This document shows positions 56,593 through 64,000 of a stretch of 64,000 bases of DNA, piece by piece (position 1 is the first letter of the stretch; the number at the start of each line of letters is the position of its first letter). The position numbers and the translations under genes are program-made. Below the pieces are notes generated by a model. The model searched no databases and was not told the DNA's origin. It saw only the letters and a list, made by a program, of their open reading frames with translations. The stretch covers positions 800,001-864,000 of the forward strand of contig CP066684.1 of assembly GCA_016432325.1 (NCBI GenBank), written 5' to 3'. The stretch is from Candidatus Aenigmatarchaeota archaeon (GTDB lineage: Archaea > Aenigmatarchaeota > Aenigmatarchaeia > PWEA01 > JACQIF01).

Positions 56593-57159
56593 ATGAAAAT
56601 GACGCTTTGGTCCGACGACGCTATCGTGCGAAAGCACGCCGAAGAGGACCTCGTGGATTTCATCCTCGAAGCGCGAAAGCACGGCTGGCCGGCAGTTGAC
56701 AAGGACGAAAAGCAACCGCAGAGGCCCGGCTTCAAGGAGCGCGTCTATCGGGATGTTTCCCGATTGTGGGAATATCGGGACAGCTACACGGGATTTTTCA
56801 ACGCTCCGGGGCAGGAGATCGTAAGATTCGACGACAACCCCATATGGAGCATGTCGTACAACGGAGGCATGCTGCCTGGCTATCAACACGACGTATCGTT
56901 CGCCAAGAAAACCTTCGAATTCTTGAAGGAGGCCCTGTTGCGCGCGGACCAAAAGAATCCTTTCCGCGGTCCTGAAAGGCATACAGATTTCAAACACTTT
57001 GGCGGATACTATCTATATGAGAACAAAAGCGATGGCGATATCAGGGACTTCGTGGGAACAGAGATAATTGGTTTTGGAAACACCGGTAAAATGTCGCAGG
57101 CGCCTACCGTTTTCAGACAACACTATATGGGCGGGTTGATTGTGCACAAGGTTGCCTAA
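56593..57159 (+). CDS. DUF5680-like protein
   Basis: YRDSYTG, GQEIV, WSMSYNGG, FLKEAL, PFRGP. Confidence 0.7.
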   Translation: MKMTLWSDDAIVRKHAEEDLVDFILEARKHGWPAVDKDEKQPQRPGFKERVYRDVSRLWEYRDSYTGFFNAPGQEIVRFDDNPIWSMSYNGGMLPGYQHDVSFAKKTFEFLKEALLRADQKNPFRGPERHTDFKHFGGYYLYENKSDGDIRDFVGTEIIGFGNTGKMSQAPTVFRQHYMGGLIVHKVA

Positions 57160-57176
57160 TCCTTTGGGCGCGCCAT

Positions 57177-58271
57177 CTACTCCAGCCAGTCCTTCTCCTT
57201 GATTTTGTCCGGCAGGTACTTCTCGGAGATGAACGAGATGCCCTTGCTCACTATGGCGTCCAGTTCGACCTTGGCGCTCATCTTCTTCATCATCTCGAAT
57301 TGCCTCTGCCACTCCTTGTTGTCCTTGAACCACGCGTACTTCTCTATCTGCTTCAGGCGCGTGTGGTCCACGTCCTTGAACTTTATCTTGTGCCTTCCCA
57401 ACCCGTAACGCTCCACGTCGTCCGCGCTCAGTCCGAGGAACTTGGCTTTCGGGATTGCCAGACGCTCGGAGATGTGGGCGAGGCTTATCGAACCGAACTT
57501 CAGGACCGAGTAGATGTAGAATCCCCACGGGTCGAAGTCCGTAAGCACGTATATCGGGAGATTGTGGTCTGTGCTCAAGCGCTGCAAAAGTCGGCGTATG
57601 CCGCGCGTAGCCTGTCCTTGCGACGAGATGATTATGCAGTTGTGCTTCTCCCAGAACTTGTCTTCGTTGAGGCGCTCCCACATGGCGGCCTTCTCCATAT
57701 ACACGACGAATTTCGCTTCTATCTTCTTGAACTTGATGCTCTCGACGTTTGAAGGAACCGACCAACCGCCAGAACCGAGCTTGGACCAGTCTATCGTGTC
57801 TCCGCGGTCTTCGATGACGACCTTTCCGGCGACTGAGCCGGACTTGTTGGCGTTGATGCGCAGCTGCTCGCGGAGCGCGTCGGTCATCAGTTCAAGATCT
57901 TCGACGGCCGCGTCGCTCTCGGTTTGCTCATCGACTATGTCGATGTTAGTTCCGGGAAGCGTGCGTCTCAGCGCGTAGAAGACCTGACGCAACGACATGC
58001 TCTTGTTCTCCTCGGAGAGGCCCTTGGAGACGCGCGCGACAGCGACGGTCTGGACGAACTTCTTGACGTGAGCGATGTTGAAGAAGAACCTCTTTGCCGT
58101 TTTCTCGCCCATCGTGATAAGGCCCGTTCCCTTGTCGTACTTGATGTTTGAGAGGGCGCGTATGGGGACGTCCATCGTCGGGTTTTCCGCGGCCGCCGCC
58201 TGCGTCGCAATGGTTTTTCCGAATGCCGTCAGCTTTTTCTTCATTTCCGCCTGCTCTTCTTTGGTTGCCAT
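57177..58271 (-). CDS. top6A: DNA topoisomerase VI subunit A
   Basis: LRQVFY, EQTESD, TDFDPWG. Confidence 0.93.
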   Translation of the reverse strand: MATKEEQAEMKKKLTAFGKTIATQAAAAENPTMDVPIRALSNIKYDKGTGLITMGEKTAKRFFFNIAHVKKFVQTVAVARVSKGLSEENKSMSLRQVFYALRRTLPGTNIDIVDEQTESDAAVEDLELMTDALREQLRINANKSGSVAGKVVIEDRGDTIDWSKLGSGGWSVPSNVESIKFKKIEAKFVVYMEKAAMWERLNEDKFWEKHNCIIISSQGQATRGIRRLLQRLSTDHNLPIYVLTDFDPWGFYIYSVLKFGSISLAHISERLAIPKAKFLGLSADDVERYGLGRHKIKFKDVDHTRLKQIEKYAWFKDNKEWQRQFEMMKKMSAKVELDAIVSKGISFISEKYLPDKIKEKDWLE

Positions 58272-58283
58272 TTAGAGTCACCT

Positions 58284-59921
58284 TCACTCCTTCGCGGCTT
58301 CGCCATTGTCGCCGCCTTCTTCTATTATCTTCGCGACGTTCTTCTTCAGGAACTTCTTCAGGCCTTCTTCCATCTTTTCCTTCTTCTCTCCTGTAAGATG
58401 CGCCAGATCGCCGGCGAGTTCGGGTATGTAGACCTCGAACAGCTTCTGCCTCTTTGCCCTGTCCTCTGTCTTGCGGATTCCTGAGACGTACTGGAAGAGC
58501 GAGCGCGCGACTTCCTGCACGGCCAGCTTTATCTCTTCTATGATTTCAGGATACGAGGCGATCGCCTCCTTGCCTTCTGACGTGTAAGGAACCCACGTGG
58601 AGCAGATGTGAACCGCTATGACGGCCGGACCGTGGGGCAGGCCGCCTCCGGGCTGGTTCATTCCGTAACGGCGCCATGTGACGCCCTGCACGGCCTTGGT
58701 GAGCGCGCATGAGGACTGTTCGTAGAGCAGAGGCATCTTGTTGGCGTAGCGTATGAGCTTGGCCGGCTGCTGGACGGCTTCGTCTGACGCGACCTCGCCC
58801 GACTGCGTCTTCGCGAGGTCCCCGCCGTAGGCTATCGCGGCCTCTATCTGGAAAGGGTTGCCCCTGTAAACGACAGGGTCACGCGTCACGGCATTTACGA
58901 ATTCGGCTTTCGTTTCGTTCTTCAGGCCTTCCTCGAGCATCTTCTCGCCTATCGGTGCGAGGCAGTCCGTGGGCGGACGCATGAGCTTGACCTTCTGTAT
59001 GGCGTCATAGAGCTTCCTCACCTGTTCGCTCGTGAGTTCGCGCGGCTTTGCGTTAGGAGCGATTCCGGCAAGGCGGCACATCTCTTCTGCGGACGTGCTC
59101 CCGACGCGGCAGAAGTCGTTCTGCATGAAGTTCGCGACCGTGCGCGAGTCCGTGTTGTGAGCCATTCGCTCGAGGATTCCCATTTCGACTCCGTGAGGAT
59201 GAGGCTTTATTTCCTTGGGCAGAGGAGGAAGCTTGTCGACGGTGCGCTTCCAGTCGGACTTCTCGCCCGCCGCGTTTTCGTAGCGAATATTCGCGTGCGG
59301 GTTCATTATCGCCGTTTGCCTCATATACTCGTCGACCGAGTGCTTGGATTGAATGTACTTGCCCTGAATTTCGAGGATTATCTTCGTTCCAGTATGTTTC
59401 AATCCGTCTTCCAAATCTTCTTCCTTCAGAATCTTCGGTTCGTTCTTCGTAGTGTCGAGCTTCAACTCGACCATGTGCGTTTTCTTGTTCTTGTCCGGCT
59501 TGCTGTAGATTATCGCCGGCTTGCCCGTGGTCAGTTGCGAATACAAAACGGCCGCGGAGATGCCGATGCCCTGTTGTCCGCGGGACTGTTTGCCGCGTCC
59601 GAACTTGGAGCCGTATAGCAGGCGCGCGAAGATGTGGGGAATCTGCTGTTTAACTATTCCGGGGCCGTTGTCTTCTATCGTGACGCGGAATACGTTCTCT
59701 TCCAGAGGCTTGATTATTACCTTGACGTCAGGGAGAATGCGCGCCTCCTCGCACGCGTCCAGAGAGTTGTCAACAGCCTCCTTCACTACCGTGAGAAGAG
59801 CCTTCGTAGGATTGTCGAAGCCGAGAAGGTGACGGTTTTTTTCGAAGAACTCGGAGACCGAAATCGCCCGCTGTTCCTTCGCCAGCGTCTCCGCGGTCTT
59901 TGCAGTCGCCTCTTTTGCCAT
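58284..59921 (-). CDS. top6B: DNA topoisomerase VI subunit B
   Basis: SVSEFF, KEAVDNSLDACEE, DNGPG, SRGQQGIG, RYANKMPL. Confidence 0.96.
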   Translation of the reverse strand: MAKEATAKTAETLAKEQRAISVSEFFEKNRHLLGFDNPTKALLTVVKEAVDNSLDACEEARILPDVKVIIKPLEENVFRVTIEDNGPGIVKQQIPHIFARLLYGSKFGRGKQSRGQQGIGISAAVLYSQLTTGKPAIIYSKPDKNKKTHMVELKLDTTKNEPKILKEEDLEDGLKHTGTKIILEIQGKYIQSKHSVDEYMRQTAIMNPHANIRYENAAGEKSDWKRTVDKLPPLPKEIKPHPHGVEMGILERMAHNTDSRTVANFMQNDFCRVGSTSAEEMCRLAGIAPNAKPRELTSEQVRKLYDAIQKVKLMRPPTDCLAPIGEKMLEEGLKNETKAEFVNAVTRDPVVYRGNPFQIEAAIAYGGDLAKTQSGEVASDEAVQQPAKLIRYANKMPLLYEQSSCALTKAVQGVTWRRYGMNQPGGGLPHGPAVIAVHICSTWVPYTSEGKEAIASYPEIIEEIKLAVQEVARSLFQYVSGIRKTEDRAKRQKLFEVYIPELAGDLAHLTGEKKEKMEEGLKKFLKKNVAKIIEEGGDNGEAAKE

Positions 59922-60425
59922 TCAGTCACCAATCGCTTTTCTCGTTTTTATCCAGTCCTCGAGGTATTCGTAAACGACGCCGTGTCTCACGCCCTTTATC
60001 AGCATCTCTATCGCTTCAAGAGCGGCTGCGACGCCGGTGTCCCCGATCACAGAGACGGTCTTGCCGTACACTGATATATAAACGCCTGTGAACTCCTCGA
60101 TAAGCTCACGCGTTCTTCCGCCGCGGCCTATGATGCGCGCGCGCACGGCTTTCATTCTACTGTCGCTCAGGTTGCTGAGGTCTATGATTTCCAGAGAGGA
60201 GTCTTTTGCCAGTCGTACGGCGCGCACAGGACTGAAACCGCGGCCTACGGCGCGCACGACGTCGCGGGCCTTCCATACGTTCTCGGCCTCTCCCTCGATG
60301 AAGACGTCGTTGTCTTTCACGCGGATTTTCACATGTGTTTCGCGTTCGAGCCTGTTGAGCTCGCGCCTTTTCTCTCCGACAAGAGCGCCAATTCTGTCTT
60401 CCGGAATCTTGAGATCTGCTTTCAC
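59922..60425 (-). CDS. KH-domain RNA-processing protein (Pno1/Dim2)
   Basis: IP..RIG, AVGRGF, RIIGRGG, YGKTV. Confidence 0.9.
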   Translation of the reverse strand: MKADLKIPEDRIGALVGEKRRELNRLERETHVKIRVKDNDVFIEGEAENVWKARDVVRAVGRGFSPVRAVRLAKDSSLEIIDLSNLSDSRMKAVRARIIGRGGRTRELIEEFTGVYISVYGKTVSVIGDTGVAAALEAIEMLIKGVRHGVVYEYLEDWIKTRKAIGD

Positions 60426-60540
60426 CGACCCACCTTGTCTGGACTAAATATCATGCCTTTCCTAGAACGCAAAAGCGGCTCTATTAGGCGTATAGAGTGC
60501 GTAAATGGCCTTTAAATAGGTTTGTTGGTCGCCTGATGAT

Positions 60541-60849
60541 TCACATATCCTTCAGAATTCCCTTCTTCCTGAGCTGTTCGACCTGCACCTCGGTGTAGCG
60601 CCACGCAAGGTCCGCTTTCGTATCTTTCTCTATTTCCCACGGTATGACGAGTATTATGTCGTTGACGCGCGTCCAGACGCGCCTGCGCATCTTGCCCGGT
60701 ATCCTTATCATGCGCGACTTGCCGTCCTCGCAGTCCGCGCGCATGCGCGACGCGCCGGACATCTCCACCACGCGCGCCAGCAGCTCGCCCTGGCGCGGCA
60801 TCCTGATTCTCGCGATTTCCTCCTGGGGATTCACGGGTTTTTTCTCCAT
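60541..60849 (-). CDS. eif1A: translation initiation factor aIF-1A
   Basis: RIPGKMRRRVW, WRYT. Confidence 0.93.
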   Translation of the reverse strand: MEKKPVNPQEEIARIRMPRQGELLARVVEMSGASRMRADCEDGKSRMIRIPGKMRRRVWTRVNDIILVIPWEIEKDTKADLAWRYTEVQVEQLRKKGILKDM

Positions 60850-60869
60850 GAGAGACGTGGACGAACGAG

Positions 60870-61395
60870 TTATTTAAAGGCGGGCGGCCACGGTCTGTCC
60901 TGTTCTATCACCGTCGTTCCTTCCGGATGCGGCAGTCCGTCCAGAGACGCGCGTGGAACGCCCGCATAGATTAGCGTAATGCGATCCCTAAATCTGCGAC
61001 CGAATCCTTTCCCGTAAGAAGCCTTGACGAAGCCGGCCGCTTTTCCAGGACTAGGTGCATTCGATAAAGCTCTTACTCTGATAAGAGTCCCTCCGTCAGC
61101 CGTTCTTTCCGAGGCGTATGGTTTGGGATTGGTCGCACAAAAGCTTTTGGTTGCGAGGTCCCATAACTCTCTCGTTGTTGCCGTATTCATAAGCACTCGG
61201 GAATAGTGCAGGTGAAGTCTCGGTGGGAAGTCTCTCTTCTCCCCTGCCTCCACAAGATAATACGGTGCCCGGCCATTTTCATATTTGTTCGGATCGTCCA
61301 TGTGAAAAAGGGACTTGACACCCCGAAAATATGGTCTGATTGGTTTCAGATATTCTATTGATTCATCGATACTCATCATGTACGACGGATTGTGC
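60870..61395 (-). CDS. hypothetical protein (lower GC)
   Basis: ORF, start uncertain. Confidence 0.5.
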
Positions 61396-61480
61396 ATGAC
61401 GCTGACAAAACCGTTTCGAGTTCCTTGTGTCGCCGCAATCTTCCGCATACAAACAAATCGACACAAAACTATTTAACCGA

Positions 61481-62164
61481 CTAGACCCGCACCAGCATTA
61501 TGTCGCGGTACACGACCCTCCCGCCGACGTGGCCATAGAGTTCGTGCGACATCTTCGTCTCTAGCGCGCCGAAATCTTCCTTGAGACGCCTCTTCAGCGG
61601 AGAGAGCATGGCCTTCGAACCGAGACGGATGTCCACGCCTCCTCGCACGCGCGACATCTTCGCGACGAACCAATACTTCCCGCGCGGATGCTCGACGACC
61701 TCCTCGATGAGAAGCGCGACGCGCTTGACGTTTCTCTCGTCTTCGGAGCGTATCTGCACGATGGCCTCGTAGTATCCGCCGCGGGCGCGCACGCAATCGT
61801 CGCACAGCCGCTTCGCGTGTTTTATCGCTATCTCGTACGATTCGTGCCGCGGTTCGCTGTAGCCTTCTATGCTGCCGTCGGCGGTCAGCGTCGCTCTGTT
61901 CCCCTTGAAATCCAGCTCGAGCTTTGCCTGGCCGTTCACGCGCAGAGAGTCCTTTATCGTTGTCAGCACTGGATCTGCTGGAGCACGTGTCCACTCGTTT
62001 TTCACCAGCATGCGATTGCAGGAAGGACACGTGACCACGGAGACGCGCTCTGGAGCGTCGACGAGTTTCTTGCCCAAGTTGTGGCAGGATTCGCACAGTC
62101 CTTCGACCAGATCGTCCACGCGCTTCCCGCATTTGGGGCAGAACTGCTGGAGTTTTCGCGGCAT
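61481..62164 (-). CDS. nmd3: NMD3-family protein
   Basis: FCPKCG, LCESC, CPSC, CDDC, YYEAIVQIR. Confidence 0.9.
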   Translation of the reverse strand: MPRKLQQFCPKCGKRVDDLVEGLCESCHNLGKKLVDAPERVSVVTCPSCNRMLVKNEWTRAPADPVLTTIKDSLRVNGQAKLELDFKGNRATLTADGSIEGYSEPRHESYEIAIKHAKRLCDDCVRARGGYYEAIVQIRSEDERNVKRVALLIEEVVEHPRGKYWFVAKMSRVRGGVDIRLGSKAMLSPLKRRLKEDFGALETKMSHELYGHVGGRVVYRDIMLVRV

Positions 62165-62200
62165 AGAAAGAGTGACTAGACAACGCTTAAAAAGGCCTCG

Positions 62201-62524
62201 TTACCCCTTGAGTTCCATGATCGCCGCGGCGATGTCTCCCTTGGCCTTTTCGAGAGCGTCGCGCGCCAGCGCCTCATCGACGCCTGCCTGCTCGGAAACG
62301 AGTTTTACGTCATCTTCGGTGAACTTGCTCGAGGAGCGCTCGCGAACGGCGCCCGTGATCTGGAACGACTCCTGGCCGGCCATTGTGACCTTCTGGACGC
62401 TCGGACTTTCGATGACCAGTTCCTTGTCCTTGCATTTTATGAGAACTTCAAGAGCCTCAACGTTCTCGCTCTTGATTCCCATCTGTTTCATCGCACGTTC
62501 CATGTCCTTGGGATTGATTTTCAT
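62201..62524 (-). CDS. nac: nascent polypeptide-associated complex protein
   Basis: NP..M..AMKQMGI, SFQITG, C-terminal UBA GDIAAAIM. Confidence 0.93.
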   Translation of the reverse strand: MKINPKDMERAMKQMGIKSENVEALEVLIKCKDKELVIESPSVQKVTMAGQESFQITGAVRERSSSKFTEDDVKLVSEQAGVDEALARDALEKAKGDIAAAIMELKG

Positions 62525-62683
62525 AGCATCATTCCATAGAGGTCGTTTTTGCCCATGTACGAAAACACGCGTTTTCGACATGTCGGCAAGCTTCGCTTGC
62601 CGTACACGCTTTTCTTAAAAGCGTGATTTTCACAGATATCGTAGGAAGGCAAACTTTATAAACGCCCTGCGCCAACGGTATGC

Positions 62684-62872
62684 ATGCCATTGAAGTCCGG
62701 CTGGCAAGTGGACGAAGAGGTGCCCATGGCGATAATCCTCTTTGTTCTTGTCGCGGCTGTCATGTACTACTGGGTACCCAGCGCGAGCACGGCGCAGAAG
62801 CTGGCCACGGCGCTGCTCGTTTCCGTAGCAGCGGTCTCTCTCGAAGTCATTCTGACAGGCAAGCACAAGTGA
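62684..62872 (+). CDS. small two-TM membrane protein
   Basis: 62-aa hydrophobic ORF. Confidence 0.55.
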   Translation: MPLKSGWQVDEEVPMAIILFVLVAAVMYYWVPSASTAQKLATALLVSVAAVSLEVILTGKHK

Positions 62873-62880
62873 GCGTGGCG

Positions 62881-62949
62881 TTCACCACAGCCAGTTCATG
62901 AAACTGCGGTTTCATACCGCCAGTCCCCTGCCACTTCACCACCGCCAGT
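62881..62949 (+). repeat. ATGAAAC-TGCG-GTTTCAT hairpin element between 15-bp direct repeats
   Basis: TTCACCACAGCCAGT (62881) and TTCACCACCGCCAGT (62935). Confidence 0.75.
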
Positions 62950-62990
62950 GGTAAGGAACTATTATTTACCAGCCGGACGCCTAAACATAC

Positions 62991-64000
62991 ATGCTTGAAA
63001 TAGCAATCCTCATAGCAGCCGGCATTCTGCTCGGGGCGTTTGCCGGCCTGCTCCCTGGAGTGCATCCGAATCTTTTCGCGACTCTTTTCCTCGCCGCATC
63101 GTTCGCAGATCCTTTCGGTACGGCTCTCATGCTGATTGCAGCCTCTGTCACGAACTCCTTTGTAGCATTCGTCCCTTCAGTGTTTCTGGGCGCGCCCGAA
63201 GGCGGGAACGAACTGAGCATCCTGCCCGGACACACGATGCTGCTCGAGGGAAGAGGCTATGAAGCCGTGCGTCTCACTGTCATAGGAGGCCTGCTCGTCG
63301 TCGCGGCGGCGCTCGTTACGTTGCCCGTTCTTGCGTACGTAGTGCCGGTATTGTACGCGCTGGCACGACCGCATCTTCACTGGCTTTTATCGGGCGTACT
63401 GCTATACGCGTTCTGGAGAGACCGTTCCGTGTGGCCCGTGGTCGTGGTCGCGCTGTCCGGCGCGCTCGGCCTGCTGGCGCTGGAGAACTTCAAGGAACCG
63501 CTGTTCCCCATGCTCACCGGCCTCTTCGGGACGAGCGGACTGCTCTATTCTCTGAAGGGCAACGATTCCATACCACAGCAGAATTTGCAATGCGAACCGT
63601 TCTCGTCGAAAAGCTATCTGTCCGGCGGCTTGGCCGGATATTTGGCTGGCGTCGCCGTCGGAATCCTCCCGGGCATCGGTGTTTCTCAAGCCGCATACCT
63701 GACTCAGGAAGCGACGCGCAAGGACAAGGACGTTCGAAGATTCCTCGTGGCGATAGGCGGCGTCACCACGGCAGACGCGATGTTTTCCCTGTTGGCTCTG
63801 TGGCTGATTGGAAACCCGAGAAGCGGCGTCGCCGTCTCCGTGGGCGAGCTGCTCGGACAGGTCTCGATTTCTGAGGTAGTCGCCTTTCTCGGCGTGATAT
63901 GTTTCTCGGCGGCGGTCGCGGCCGCGGTTACACTGAAGATAGCCGAGTTCGTATCCATCCGTTTCTGGAAGATTGAGTACAAGACGCTGACGCTGCTCGT
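62991..64000 (+). CDS. TctA-family (DUF112) permease, runs off window end
   Basis: GLLPGVHPN, FVPSVFLGAP, LPGH, PMLTGLFG, GNPRSG. Confidence 0.88.
   Translation, partial: MLEIAILIAAGILLGAFAGLLPGVHPNLFATLFLAASFADPFGTALMLIAASVTNSFVAFVPSVFLGAPEGGNELSILPGHTMLLEGRGYEAVRLTVIGGLLVVAAALVTLPVLAYVVPVLYALARPHLHWLLSGVLLYAFWRDRSVWPVVVVALSGALGLLALENFKEPLFPMLTGLFGTSGLLYSLKGNDSIPQQNLQCEPFSSKSYLSGGLAGYLAGVAVGILPGIGVSQAAYLTQEATRKDKDVRRFLVAIGGVTTADAMFSLLALWLIGNPRSGVAVSVGELLGQVSISEVVAFLGVICFSAAVAAAVTLKIAEFVSIRFWKIEYKTLTLL

Noticed and set aside
60425-60454. Intron joining upstream ATG 60454 to the Pno1/Dim2 frame
   Set aside because: The required helix pairs only 2 of 4, and the GTG start already has an RBS.
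1-64000. Alternative genetic code; DGR reverse transcriptase/template; integrase or transposase
   Set aside because: Conserved genes end at standard stops, and no RT, AAC-rich template, integrase or transposase was recognised in the window.

Overview
Archaeal chromosomal window. The gene content (uS12/uS7, uL11, aIF-1A, NAC, NMD3, fibrillarin, Hel308, topoisomerase VI, CarS, SMC-ScpAB, class III signal-peptide pilins, a short single-unit EndA) and the many orphans suggest a DPANN lineage; this placement is inference. The main signal is an intron system the ORF track does not show. (1) Nine tRNA genes read by hand carry 16 bulge-helix-bulge (BHB)-type introns. Twelve are at non-canonical sites (six at T-loop 59/60), with up to three per tRNA and lengths up to 138 nt. 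(2) The introns are built from shared hairpin modules that recur in different tRNAs, at different intron positions, and in mRNA leaders and spacers, often flanked by short direct repeats. (3) Three protein genes (an Asp/Glu racemase, an AbrB-type regulator, a CLec/DGR-target-like gene) are broken by 23-34 nt inserts. Removing each insert at BHB-like junctions restores the frame, and rtcA has an in-frame 27-nt candidate. (4) The tRNA splicing endonuclease in this window appears to lack the canonical catalytic Lys and has a Lys-rich loop insertion. Together these suggest mobile BHB introns that have spread from tRNAs into mRNAs. All splice sites are predictions from the DNA and need RNA evidence. 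Other oddities: two DGR-target-like genes without an RT/TR in the window, a tRNA-Thr with a GGCAGAG T-loop, a free-standing LeuRS editing domain with an inserted NUDIX domain, a ~95-aa insert in TyrRS and a short-armed SMC.
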